A stretch of 43,953 nucleotides of DNA, taken from Flavobacteriaceae bacterium (GTDB taxonomy: Bacteria; Bacteroidota; Bacteroidia; Flavobacteriales; Flavobacteriaceae). The notes below the pieces were generated by a model. That model was not told the origin of the DNA. It did no database searches and saw nothing but the letters and a program-made list of their open reading frames with translations. The stretch spans positions 1 to 43,953 of the forward strand of contig CANCJZ010000001.1 in NCBI GenBank assembly GCA_947378465.1, given 5' to 3'. Shown here piece after piece: positions 30,005-40,255 of this stretch; position 1 is the stretch's first letter, and each line of letters starts with the position of its first letter. A program made the position numbers and the translations under genes.

Positions 30005-30062
30005 ACGGCGTTTAGTTTATTTTAAATAAATAAAAAAAATATACTATCGTTATTTTATTTCC

Positions 30063-30097
30063 ATAAAAAAAGGTTCCTAATGATAGGAACCTTTATT
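30063..30097. terminator. Bidirectional intrinsic terminator
   Basis: aaaggttccta-atga-taggaaccttt between convergent genes, with A/T tails. Confidence 0.85.
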
Positions 30098-30102
30098 ATG
30101 TA

Positions 30103-33100
30103 TTAGTCTTTCTTTCTTAATTTTTCCACCCAATAATATAAAGGCGGTAGTAGGATAGGAGCAAAGATTAGCGTGCTTGTCAATCCACCGATAATCACGG
30201 TTGATAAAGGACGTTGCACGTCAGATCCAATTCCACTAGAGATGGCTGCTGGAACTAACCCGATGATGGCTACAACAAGAATCGAAAGCAAGGCTCTTAA
30301 CTGATCGTTTGAAGTTGCTTTGATGGATTCTTTGTCGACGACACTTCCTGGAGGCACGGCTCGATTCAATGCCGAGACGAGCAGCACACCGGCCATTACA
30401 GATATCCCGAAGATACTTACGAATCCCACTCCTGCGGAAACGTTGAAGTAATACCCTCTTAATAATAAGGCTACAATTCCTCCGCCCAAAGCGAATAGAA
30501 TACAGCTCATGGTTACTAAAGTATGTTTCAAATCTTTGAATAACATGAATAGGAATAGGAATACCAATACGATGGTTAATGGGATGGTGAACATCAATTG
30601 TTTACCGGCACGCTCTAGGTTTTCATATTGACCACCGTAGATGATGCTGTAACCTTTTTTGACGTGAATGGCTTTGTCCACTTTGCCTTTTAATTCTTTC
30701 ACAAAACTTCCTTGGTCACGCCCTTGAATGTTGGTACGAACCGTAATCATACGTTTACTTCCGTAGTGGTAGATATTAGTTTGCCCTTCGACGAAATGCA
30801 CATCGGCCAATTGACTCATAGGAATCAAAGCCCCATTAGCAGAAGGCACTAACATGTTTTTGATGGCATCAATAGAGTTTCTATATTCTGGTAAAAAGCG
30901 CACTACAATGTCGTAACGTTTGGCACCATCGTATAATTTGGAAATGCTTTTCCCACCAATAGCGGCCTCAATCATGTTTTGAATATCGGCTACATTGATT
31001 CCGAAACGGGCTACTGCTTCACGATTGATGGAAATCGCTAATTGTTCCTGAGCGCCCTCTTGTTCAATATTTACGTTCTTAGCACCTGGAATTTGTTTCG
31101 CAATTATGGCGATACTATCGGCTTTTTCACGCATCATTTTCAAGTCGTCCCCAACTACTGAAATGGCTAAGTCGGCTGCACTACCGTTCACGATTTCCAT
31201 TACCTGGTCGATAATAGGTTGTCCCGATGAGAACTGAACGGAAGGAAGGGCTTGTTGTAATTCGTTCTTAACGTCCTCTACTAATTCCTTTTTAGTGATG
31301 GTATCGCTCCAAAGTTTGTAATCTTTTAACCCAACCAAAATTTCATTTCTGTTGGCAGGGAATGGATCGGTACCGTCGTCATTACGACCGGTTTGTGTAA
31401 TGACGTAAGATATCTGAGGGTATTTGGAAATGATCTCACGGATTTTAGGCGCATATTTCACATTCTCTTGAATAGAAATACCTGCCGCAAAGTTCCCTCT
31501 TAAGAAGATGGATCCTTCATCGAGTGTTGGTAAGAATTCGGTTCCTAATTTTAATCCACAAAGGATAAAGAACAGCACTACAGAGAAACCGATAAGGACT
31601 GATTTTTTGTAGTTATTAATAATTATGTTCAGTAATTTAGCATAGGCTTTCGCCATACCGTCCAATACTATGTTTTTATGCTCTTTGATCGGTACATCAG
31701 CATTAGAGATGGCTTTTCTATACACAAAAGAGATCAATACAGGGATAAAGGTCAAGGCGGCAAGCATCGATCCGATTACGGCAAATGCAAGCGTTAAGGC
31801 CATAGGTGAGAAAAGTTTGCCCTCCACACGAGTCATCAACAGGATCGGCATATAGGCCAAGATGATGATGGTCACGGAGAAGAAAATTTCTCTACCCACT
31901 TCTTGAGCGGCTTGTAAAGTGATTTTGACAATCCCTTCTTTCTTTTCCTCAGGGGTAGCGGTTCGGTACTTCCTAATTAAGTGTTCGGCCATTACACAGG
32001 CTCCGTCCACGATGATACCAAAGTCGATGGCACCAAGCGATAATAGGTTGGCCGGAATACCCGCTAACTTCATCAGGATAAAAGCAAACAATAATGAGAA
32101 AGGAATGGTTAAGGCCACTACTAAAGCACTACGAGTACTACCAAGGAAGAAGATCAATAAGATGATTACAATGGAGATTCCTTCAAATAAGGTGTGAGCC
32201 ACAGTTTCTAAAGAGTGGTCAATTAAGAAACTACGGTCGTACATAGGACGAAGTTTGACCCCTGCAGGTAAATCTTCATCTTGCAATTCCTGCATACGTT
32301 CTTTGAGGACCTTTAGTACCTCACTTGGGTTTTCATATCTTCTTAAAAGGATGATTCCTTCGACCCCGCTTTTTACATCAATTTTTTCCGTAGGAAGTGC
32401 ATAACCCATCACCCCACTTGGTGGAGGAGGCGTAATTTCAACGGTTGCGACATTACGCAAAAAGATAGGCACCCCTTTTTCAGATTTTAGGACGATATTC
32501 TCAATGTCTTTCTCCGTTTTGATTGCTCCCAACCCGCGGACAGCAAAACCTTGACCACCGCGTTCAATTACGTTACCCCCAGTATTTTGGTTGTTCACGT
32601 TAACGGCATCCATTACGTTTTGAAGCGTTAGGTTGTATTTGCGCAGTTTTTCAGGGGAAGTAACAATATGAAATTGTTTCAAAGGACCTCCAAAGGTCAC
32701 TACGTCAGCAATTCCAGGTACTTGCAGTAAGGCGGGTTTGATCACCCAGTCCTGTAAGTCTCTTAATTCAGTTTGGCTATAGGTAGGAGGCGCTTCTACT
32801 ACATAACGAAAGATTTCACCTACTGCAGTAGATAAGGGAGCTAATTCAGGAGCGACACCATCAGGCAATTCGGCAGCAGCGACTCTTTCAGTAACCTGTT
32901 GACGAGCGAAATAATCATCGGTACCGTCTTTGAAGGTAAGTTGCACCACAGAAAGACCAAAGATGGTTCTGCTACGACGGTCCAATACGTTAGGTGTATT
33001 TTGTAAAGCTCTTTCGACAGGAATGGTAACTTGTTGTTCCACTTCCTCTGCAGCTCTACCGGGATATTGTGATACTACAATAACGTTAGTATCCGCGATA

Positions 33101-33222
33101 TCGGGATAGGCTTCGATTTTGAGTTGGGTAAAACACCAATAACCAATTGCCATAATCACGGTACTGATAGCGATTACTGCCCATCGGTTTCTTAAACTGA
33201 ATATTAATAAATTCTTAATCAT
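30103..33222 (-). CDS. CusA/CzcA family RND efflux permease (set 2)
   Basis: IEAYPDI, SLGAIDFGIIVDGA, EGKLFSPMA, GSDVQRPL. Confidence 0.95.
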   Translation of the reverse strand: MIKNLLIFSLRNRWAVIAISTVIMAIGYWCFTQLKIEAYPDIADTNVIVVSQYPGRAAEEVEQQVTIPVERALQNTPNVLDRRSRTIFGLSVVQLTFKDGTDDYFARQQVTERVAAAELPDGVAPELAPLSTAVGEIFRYVVEAPPTYSQTELRDLQDWVIKPALLQVPGIADVVTFGGPLKQFHIVTSPEKLRKYNLTLQNVMDAVNVNNQNTGGNVIERGGQGFAVRGLGAIKTEKDIENIVLKSEKGVPIFLRNVATVEITPPPPSGVMGYALPTEKIDVKSGVEGIILLRRYENPSEVLKVLKERMQELQDEDLPAGVKLRPMYDRSFLIDHSLETVAHTLFEGISIVIILLIFFLGSTRSALVVALTIPFSLLFAFILMKLAGIPANLLSLGAIDFGIIVDGACVMAEHLIRKYRTATPEEKKEGIVKITLQAAQEVGREIFFSVTIIILAYMPILLMTRVEGKLFSPMALTLAFAVIGSMLAALTFIPVLISFVYRKAISNADVPIKEHKNIVLDGMAKAYAKLLNIIINNYKKSVLIGFSVVLFFILCGLKLGTEFLPTLDEGSIFLRGNFAAGISIQENVKYAPKIREIISKYPQISYVITQTGRNDDGTDPFPANRNEILVGLKDYKLWSDTITKKELVEDVKNELQQALPSVQFSSGQPIIDQVMEIVNGSAADLAISVVGDDLKMMREKADSIAIIAKQIPGAKNVNIEQEGAQEQLAISINREAVARFGINVADIQNMIEAAIGGKSISKLYDGAKRYDIVVRFLPEYRNSIDAIKNMLVPSANGALIPMSQLADVHFVEGQTNIYHYGSKRMITVRTNIQGRDQGSFVKELKGKVDKAIHVKKGYSIIYGGQYENLERAGKQLMFTIPLTIVLVFLFLFMLFKDLKHTLVTMSCILFALGGGIVALLLRGYYFNVSAGVGFVSIFGISVMAGVLLVSALNRAVPPGSVVDKESIKATSNDQLRALLSILVVAIIGLVPAAISSGIGSDVQRPLSTVIIGGLTSTLIFAPILLPPLYYWVEKLRKKD

Positions 33223-33318
33223 CTTTTTATATTATTAATTATAAGTAGCGTTAGCTAATGCGTTGAGAAATGGTCGACTTTGAATGATCGGAAGTCCTAT
33301 TTCCAACGGAACTTATAA

Positions 33319-33621
33319 TTATTTCCAAATGTCTACTTTGTTCGTCACAATAAAACCACCTTTGTAGTGCTGTCTTAATTCGGTTAGGGCAGCGTGTACT
33401 TTTTCTTCCTCATCGATAAAAACGATTTGATAAGGTGTTTCATCAAAGCTAAAAAAGTCATTTGGACGTTTCAAGTATTGATTCGCACCGAACCCACTTC
33501 TGCCACGGAATACCGTTGCTCCTTTTACTTTTTGTTTGATAAGAATTTCTAAGATGTATTCATATAGGAGTTTTGACCCCATAAGTTCATCTGCGTCGAT
33601 AAATATTTGAGCTTGTACCAT
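33319..33621 (-). CDS. DUF190 (PII-like fold) protein
   Basis: IFIDADE...LYEYI...GATVFRGRSGFG...P.QIVFIDEEEKV pattern. Confidence 0.8.
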   Translation of the reverse strand: MVQAQIFIDADELMGSKLLYEYILEILIKQKVKGATVFRGRSGFGANQYLKRPNDFFSFDETPYQIVFIDEEEKVHAALTELRQHYKGGFIVTNKVDIWK

Positions 33622-33623
33622 AA

Positions 33624-34640
33624 TTAATATCCGAATGAAAGTCCTTTTAATTGCATTACGCCTTTAACCGCTACCGTTTCGCCTTTTTCAAGGCCACTGA
33701 ATATGATGATACGGTCGCCTACTTGATCGCCAATGGTCACTTCTCTACGTTCAAAGGTAGTGTCGTTCTTTTTGATGAACACATAGTTTTTCGCCTGTAT
33801 AGTGATGATAGAGGTTTTGTTCACATTGATGTTTTTCCCTTGACTGATTCCGAATGAAACGGTAGCAAACATCCCAGCTTTGAACTTTCCGCCATTGTTG
33901 TTTAAGGTAATACGGAGTTTCACCATACGAGTAGTTTCGTCCGTCATGTCGGCAATAGCATCCACTTTACCATTAAATGTTTCGTTAGGGAAAGCAGTGA
34001 ACTGAACGATACAGCTACTTCCTTTTTTGATTTCGCTTAGTTCGTTCTCAGGAACATCACAAATCACGAATGAAGTACCCGCAGCGGCTCTTTTTAGTTC
34101 CGATGGTTCAAATCCACCCGCCTTTAGTTTCGCTTCGTGTTCAATGATTGCTGCTTTTTCGTTCGCGAGATTGGTTTCCTCCATCGAAAGCAAGGTTTGT
34201 GCTTCCAACAAATCTCTACCAGTAGCCGCACCGTGTGCTTGTAAGTCCTTTACACGGTCTAACTCGATTTGTTTTTGACGGATGTTTTTGTTTTTGATTT
34301 GATTGATATTAATCAAATGTTGGAATAATTGGGTGTAGTTACTTGCTAAATCGGGGTTTTCAAATAATACTATATTTTGAGCCGCGCCTTCTTGCGAGCT
34401 AACTACAGTAGCAGCCACGGTTGCAGGAGCGGTAATCTTTGCGTTCAACACATTATCATCGATCGTTTCTGATTCGAAGAAATCAGCGCTTTTTTTAGCA
34501 GGAAAGACAATTTCAGTTCCATTGTTAGTCACTTTTGGAGTCAAATCTTGTTCTTGATCCTTCTTGGTTTCTTTTCCACACGAAGCAAGCAAAAGGGCTG
34601 TTAGCAAAAGTGTGAATAAGGTGGTTTTATTATTTTTCAT
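33624..34640 (-). CDS. RND periplasmic adaptor (MFP) lipoprotein (set 2)
   Basis: Lipobox LASC; DETTRMVKLR, FKAGMFA, GLEKGETV. Confidence 0.92.
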   Translation of the reverse strand: MKNNKTTLFTLLLTALLLASCGKETKKDQEQDLTPKVTNNGTEIVFPAKKSADFFESETIDDNVLNAKITAPATVAATVVSSQEGAAQNIVLFENPDLASNYTQLFQHLININQIKNKNIRQKQIELDRVKDLQAHGAATGRDLLEAQTLLSMEETNLANEKAAIIEHEAKLKAGGFEPSELKRAAAGTSFVICDVPENELSEIKKGSSCIVQFTAFPNETFNGKVDAIADMTDETTRMVKLRITLNNNGGKFKAGMFATVSFGISQGKNINVNKTSIITIQAKNYVFIKKNDTTFERREVTIGDQVGDRIIIFSGLEKGETVAVKGVMQLKGLSFGY

Positions 34641-34668
34641 AAAAAGATGTTTAGAGTGTAGTACGTTA

Positions 34669-35922
34669 CTATTTGCTAATAGTATTAATTAATCCAGATT
34701 GGTACAAAAGCGCGATATAGCTTTCGCGGTATTGCTGTAAAGCATTGTAGTATTGTTGTTGTGTATCCAACCAGCTGCGTTGCGCTTCAAGGAAATCGAT
34801 GATGGTAGTTCCACCTCTGAGGTAGGTATATTTAACACCAGCCAGAATTTGGTCGGATTGTTTTAACATGGCCTCAAAATCGGCTACGTTTTTCTTTTGT
34901 AATAAATAGGCATTATAAGCCGTGGTTAATTCTGCTTGAATTTGTTGTTGCTTAGCGATTAAATCTTGCTCGGCTTGTGATTTTAACACGGCCGATTTTT
35001 GAATTTCCCCTTGATTTCTATCAAAGAAAGGCAATTCAATAGTAGCATAAACCCCTAAATACGGTAAAGTATTTTGCGGGTTATAAATCATCCCCAATTC
35101 TGGTTGAGGATAGGCCAAAGATTTTTGAAGTTTCACATTCGAATTGGCCATTTCAATAGCCGATTTAGCAGCTAATACGTCGGTACGACTTTCCAAAGAG
35201 GTTTTTAATAAATCATCGGAAGTGGTAGTGGTAACGTATTCGAAGTTATCGTTTTCATCTACTGTTATTTCATCAGTAGTCCCAAGAAGGTATTTGAAAT
35301 TAGCGGTTTCATTTTTTAAAGTTTGCCCAGCACTTTTAATTTGCAACGCATATTGATTGGCTAATAATTCGGTTCGGTTGTAATCGATTTGCGTAATCAC
35401 CTGATTCTTCAAACGATTCTTATTGATGGTCACCACACTGTCCAGATTGTTCTTGGCTCTGTTTAGGATGTCGAATTGCTTTTTAGCGGTCCATACGTCA
35501 AGCCATTTAAGGGCTACTGCTTGGTAAAGGTTACGTTTAATTTCCTCAAAATTTTGCTTGGTATAGGCCACACTTTTATTGGCAACATCAATTTTGTTTT
35601 TGCGTTGTCCAGCAATTTGAAATACCTTGGTTGCTTGCCACCAAATTTGGCTGTTGCGTGCACTGACTAAGTTGCTTGCGTTGTTCGCCATGGCACCATT
35701 CATCAAAAACAAGGACTGATTGTTCAATTTGACGTTAGAAATTATCTTAGCACTCACTATTTCGCTTTCGGCAACCGCAATATCGAACTTTTGAGTTTTT
35801 AATATTGGGTTATTATCAGTAGCCGTCTTTAGCGCCTTTTGTAAATTGTAATTGGTTTGTGCAAAGGAAGAAGCGCTTAAAAACAATCCTACAATTGACA
35901 CTAATAGTATACGAATTCGCAT
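34669..35922 (-). CDS. TolC family outer membrane protein (set 2)
   Basis: Signal peptide; IELPFFDRNQGEI; Y..GGTTIIDFLEAQR. Confidence 0.92.
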   Translation of the reverse strand: MRIRILLVSIVGLFLSASSFAQTNYNLQKALKTATDNNPILKTQKFDIAVAESEIVSAKIISNVKLNNQSLFLMNGAMANNASNLVSARNSQIWWQATKVFQIAGQRKNKIDVANKSVAYTKQNFEEIKRNLYQAVALKWLDVWTAKKQFDILNRAKNNLDSVVTINKNRLKNQVITQIDYNRTELLANQYALQIKSAGQTLKNETANFKYLLGTTDEITVDENDNFEYVTTTTSDDLLKTSLESRTDVLAAKSAIEMANSNVKLQKSLAYPQPELGMIYNPQNTLPYLGVYATIELPFFDRNQGEIQKSAVLKSQAEQDLIAKQQQIQAELTTAYNAYLLQKKNVADFEAMLKQSDQILAGVKYTYLRGGTTIIDFLEAQRSWLDTQQQYYNALQQYRESYIALLYQSGLINTISK

Positions 35923-35953
35923 ATTTTTTTTGTTTAAAAAATGAATGACGGCG

Positions 35954-35961
35954 CAAACATA
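35954..35961 (-). promoter_or_regulatory. Possible internal promoter (-7 box) for efflux set 2
   Basis: TATGTTTG about 30 bp upstream of the TolC start. Confidence 0.45.
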
Positions 35962-35987
35962 GTTAATATTTATTAAATCGAAATCAT

Positions 35988-38900
35988 TTACTTAATGAGT
36001 TCATGTTTAGCTCTGTTAAAAATCCAGAAAATAATTGGGAAAATTAAAAGGGTTAATATGGTTGCTGAAATAAGTCCACCAATAATCACAATAGCTAAAG
36101 GCTTTTGAGATTCAGATCCAATACCGGTAGACACTGCTGCGGGCAATAAACCAATAGTAGCCATCAAAGCAGTCATTACTACAGGGCGCGTTCGAACTTT
36201 AACGGCTTCCAAAATGGACTCGTCCAAGGTCATAGCGGTTTTGAGGTTCTTGTGGAATTCAGAGATCAGGATTACTCCATTCTGTATACAAATTCCAAAC
36301 AATGCGATGAATCCGACACCTGCTGAAATTCCGAAGTTCATTCCTGTTAAGTGCAGTGCAAGGATTCCTCCGATTAAGGCAAAGGGAACGTTGGCAAGCA
36401 CTAAGAAAGAATCCTTGATGTTTCCAAACATAATAAAGAGTAAGAAGAAAATAAGGATCAAACTAATAGGAACTACTTGACCCAAACGGGCAGAAGCACG
36501 CACTTGGTTTTCAAATTCTCCGGTCCAACCAATAGAGTAGCCTTCGGGCAATTTGACATTTTGCTCCACTTTTTTCTGTGCTTCGGCGATGGTACTTCCT
36601 AAGTCACGATCACGGATAGAGAATTTTACTCCGATGTATCTTTTTAGATTGTCTCGGTAAATGAATGCCGGGCCGTTGTCAGAAATCACAGTGGAGATTT
36701 CTTTCAGAGGCACTTTGGTATCACGTAGGGTAGGTACCATTAAGTTGGCAATATCGTTAGTGTTTTTACGGTATTCTTTATCGTAACGAATACGCACGTC
36801 AAACTTGCGTTCGCCTTCGTATTTTTGAGTGGCTGTTTTTCCACCAAAAGCCATCTCTAAAACGGCTTGAGCATCGGAAAGCGTCACGCCATAAGCGGCC
36901 ATTTTTTCTTTATCGAGGACTACGCTCACTTCAGGTTGACCAATATTTCTGATGATTCCGGGCTCTTTAATCCCGTCAATGTTGGTAATTTGTTTTAAAA
37001 CTTGAGTGGCAAGCACATCTAATTTTGCTAAATCATCCCCATAAATCTTGATTCCATTAGCGGCTTTGAATCCTGCTACCGCTTCAGCAACGTTATCAAT
37101 AATAGGTTGCGAATAGTTGTAGCCAATTCCTTGGTATTTTTTGAGTTTGTGATCCATTTGGTTGACTAACTCATCCATAGAGATCTTTCTTCCCCATTCG
37201 TCTTTTGGTTTTAGATTGACCTGCATTTGGGCAAAATAGAAACCACTAGGGTCGGTACCGTCGTTACTTCTACCAGTTTGGGAAAGTACGCTGACTACCT
37301 CTGGGAAGCTGCGAATTTCTTTTTTAAGGGTCTCGGTCATCTTAACGGTTTCGCCAAGGCTCGAGCTCATTGGCATTTGGGCAGTTACCCATAATGCGCC
37401 TTCATTTAAAGGCGGTAAGAACTCCGTTCCTAAAAATTTAGAGGAAAATAAAGTCAAGACTAAGATAGAAAGCGCTACTGTAAGACTTAATTTTTTATTT
37501 CTATAAGTAAAGGTAAATCCTTTCTCTACAATGCGGTTCCAGAAATTAACAAAGGGATTGTTTTTTTCTCGAACATTTTTATTTAATAAAATATGGGACA
37601 GTACCGGTACTAAAGTTAAGGTAAAAAGCAAGGCGCCTAGCAATGCAAATCCAAGGGTGTAGGCCAAAGGAGAGAACATTTTACCTTCTACTTTTTGAAA
37701 GGAGAAGATAGGCAGTAGGGCGGTGATGATGATCATTTTAGAGAAGAAGATGGCTTTACCCATTTCGGTTCCTGTTTTTTTGATCCAACCAGCCTTCGCA
37801 AGCTTGTTGAATTTTTCCATTCCCACGGCGTGTGCCCTATGGTCGAGCATCACAAATAGTCCTTCGACCATGACGACGGCTCCGTCAATAATGATCCCAA
37901 AATCGACCGCTCCAAGGGATAGAAGGTTGGCGCTCATTCCCATCATGTTCAAGCAGAAGAACGAGAATAGCAAGGCCAACGGAATAATGATGGACACGAT
38001 AACTGTAGTTCGCCAATCGGCCATAAAGAGCAATACCATTAAAGTCACTAATATGATTCCCTCTAATAAATTGTGCATTACGGTATGCGTACAGAAATCC
38101 ATCAGTTTGTCCCTATCGTAAAAGGTCACTAATTTGATATCGTGAGGTAATATTTTGGTGTTTAATTCTTCTACTTTGGCCTTGATTCGAGTAAGTACTT
38201 CAGGCGTATTCTCGCCTTTACGCATTACTACAATACCTTCCACTACGTCAGGATTATCGTCGAGTCCGGCTTGTCCAACACGAGGCATTGCACTTTCGAC
38301 AACTGTAGCTAGGTTTTTAACCAATACGGGATTCCCGTTATCTTGTTTTACGATGATGTTTTGAATATCGGGAATCGATTGAAGAAGTCCAATTCCACGT
38401 ACTACGTAGGCCTGACCATTTTTTTCAATAACATCTCCACCTACATTCAGGTTGCTTTTACTGACTGCATCGTAAACTTGTAAAGGAGTAAGGGAGTATT
38501 TTTCCAATCGACGAGGGTCGACACTGATTTCGAATATCTTGGTTTGTCCTCCAAAGGCATTAATATCGGCAACACCAGGAACGGAACGCAAGGCACGGTC
38601 AACGACCCAGTTTTGAATGGTAAGTAAATCGCGAGAATCTCTTTTTTTACTTTCTAAAGTATATCTAAAAATCTCACCGGTAGGGCCGTAAGGAGGTTGC
38701 ACTTCAGGAGCGATTCCCTCGGGCATGTCCACATTTCGAAGTTGGTTGTTGACTTGGTTACGGGCGAAGGCGTCTTCCACACCATCGTCAAAAATGATTT
38801 TGATAACGGAAAGTCCAAACATAGTGGTGCTTCGAACACTTGTTTTTTTCTGTAGCGAAGTCATCGCCAGTTCGATAGGAGTGGTTACAAAGCGCTCCAC

Positions 38901-39089
38901 CTCTTCGGCACTTCGACCATTCCATTGCGTAATGATGATGATTTGCGTGTTCGTTACATCAGGGAATGCCTCAATAGGCATGTTTTTGAAGGAAATGAAC
39001 CCCATAACCACTAATAGTCCTACCCAGAAAAAGGTAAAGAATCTATTCGCCAAAGAGAATGAGATGATGTTTTTTATGAATTTATTCAT
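35988..39089 (-). CDS. CusA/CzcA family RND efflux permease (set 1)
   Basis: IEAFPDVT, SLGAVDFGIIIDGA, EGKMFSPLA, RTRPVVMTA, GSESQKPLA. Confidence 0.95.
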   Translation of the reverse strand: MNKFIKNIISFSLANRFFTFFWVGLLVVMGFISFKNMPIEAFPDVTNTQIIIITQWNGRSAEEVERFVTTPIELAMTSLQKKTSVRSTTMFGLSVIKIIFDDGVEDAFARNQVNNQLRNVDMPEGIAPEVQPPYGPTGEIFRYTLESKKRDSRDLLTIQNWVVDRALRSVPGVADINAFGGQTKIFEISVDPRRLEKYSLTPLQVYDAVSKSNLNVGGDVIEKNGQAYVVRGIGLLQSIPDIQNIIVKQDNGNPVLVKNLATVVESAMPRVGQAGLDDNPDVVEGIVVMRKGENTPEVLTRIKAKVEELNTKILPHDIKLVTFYDRDKLMDFCTHTVMHNLLEGIILVTLMVLLFMADWRTTVIVSIIIPLALLFSFFCLNMMGMSANLLSLGAVDFGIIIDGAVVMVEGLFVMLDHRAHAVGMEKFNKLAKAGWIKKTGTEMGKAIFFSKMIIITALLPIFSFQKVEGKMFSPLAYTLGFALLGALLFTLTLVPVLSHILLNKNVREKNNPFVNFWNRIVEKGFTFTYRNKKLSLTVALSILVLTLFSSKFLGTEFLPPLNEGALWVTAQMPMSSSLGETVKMTETLKKEIRSFPEVVSVLSQTGRSNDGTDPSGFYFAQMQVNLKPKDEWGRKISMDELVNQMDHKLKKYQGIGYNYSQPIIDNVAEAVAGFKAANGIKIYGDDLAKLDVLATQVLKQITNIDGIKEPGIIRNIGQPEVSVVLDKEKMAAYGVTLSDAQAVLEMAFGGKTATQKYEGERKFDVRIRYDKEYRKNTNDIANLMVPTLRDTKVPLKEISTVISDNGPAFIYRDNLKRYIGVKFSIRDRDLGSTIAEAQKKVEQNVKLPEGYSIGWTGEFENQVRASARLGQVVPISLILIFFLLFIMFGNIKDSFLVLANVPFALIGGILALHLTGMNFGISAGVGFIALFGICIQNGVILISEFHKNLKTAMTLDESILEAVKVRTRPVVMTALMATIGLLPAAVSTGIGSESQKPLAIVIIGGLISATILTLLIFPIIFWIFNRAKHELIK

Positions 39090-39164
39090 TTTTCTTAATT
39101 TAAGAATTTCTTAATCAAATAGCAAGCTTAATTAAATAATTGTTGGCACCATTGGGTACGATGA

Positions 39165-40250
39165 TTATTCATCTAAAGCATCATAGAACAGCAATTGATT
39201 GTGGGTGATGATCTGTTCCCCTTCCTCTAGGCCAGAGGAGATATAGGTTAGGTCACCTACTTCTCTGAATACTTCCACAGCTCTTCTCTCCAGGTGCTTG
39301 CGATCCTTGTAAACAATCACGTAATTTTTGTTGTTGTCAAAAATGACCCCTGTTGAAGGAACGGCCAGCATGGATTTGTTCTCGGAATAAGAAATAGTAA
39401 TGGTGGCTTTACTGTCAGGAACAAGTAATGAAGCCGTGTTGTCCAAAACGATTCTGGCGTTCATCGCATTGGTTTCAGGATCGATAATTTTGAAAATCTT
39501 ATCTACTTTTCCTTTGAATTTTTTATCGGTATTAGAAAGCGTTGAGATGGTAGCATCCATCCCTAGTTGTACTAAATTGATGTCGCTTTCGTTTACGTTG
39601 GCAATTGCCCAAACATCCTTAGTGTCGGCAACGTCAAAGATGTTGTCGGTTCTGTCACTACGCAACTGCATGTCCTGATTGATGTTCTTTTGGATGATAT
39701 AACCGTTGATAGGTGCTACTACTTGGTAAATAGAACCTGGCTTAAGGTTGTAAATGCGGTAATTTTCCTGCACTCTGTTCAATTGGGATTTGGCCACACT
39801 CAAATCGTTTTTGGCTTGAAGTACATCTTTTTCAGTGATTAATTTTCCTTCAAACATTTCTTGCGCTACTTTCAAGGCGTTTTGCGTTACTTGCACCTGA
39901 CTTTTAGCATCCAATAAGTCTTTTTCAAATCCAGCAACCTCGGTACTGCGAATGGTAGCCAATAGTTGTCCTTTTTTCACATAATCCCCGAGTTCGACAT
40001 AAACGTTTTCAACATTTCCACCAACTACAGGATATACTTCAATCAATTTGTTTTTATCGGCAGAAATTTTCCCGAAAAATCGCAACTCGTTTTTAAGCGT
40101 TTCATTCTTTGCGGTTGCGAAAGTGGTGGTTTTCATCATGGTGTCCGTGATTTGGAAACCGGATGATTTCTTAGGTTCTTCCTCTTTTTTGCCGCAGCTA
40201 AGCACTATTAACGCGACTAATGGTAAGTACAATTTTAAACTATTTTTCAT
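39165..40250 (-). CDS. RND periplasmic adaptor (MFP) lipoprotein (set 1)
   Basis: Lipobox VLSC; GDYVKKGQLLA, APINGYI, SGLEEGEQI. Confidence 0.93.
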   Translation of the reverse strand: MKNSLKLYLPLVALIVLSCGKKEEEPKKSSGFQITDTMMKTTTFATAKNETLKNELRFFGKISADKNKLIEVYPVVGGNVENVYVELGDYVKKGQLLATIRSTEVAGFEKDLLDAKSQVQVTQNALKVAQEMFEGKLITEKDVLQAKNDLSVAKSQLNRVQENYRIYNLKPGSIYQVVAPINGYIIQKNINQDMQLRSDRTDNIFDVADTKDVWAIANVNESDINLVQLGMDATISTLSNTDKKFKGKVDKIFKIIDPETNAMNARIVLDNTASLLVPDSKATITISYSENKSMLAVPSTGVIFDNNKNYVIVYKDRKHLERRAVEVFREVGDLTYISSGLEEGEQIITHNQLLFYDALDE

Positions 40251-40255
40251 TTTAT

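Noticed and set aside
33259-33310. Imperfect inverted repeat between DUF190 and the second RND gene as a riboswitch
   Set aside because: Weak pairing and no recognisable riboswitch consensus, including the fluoride riboswitch.
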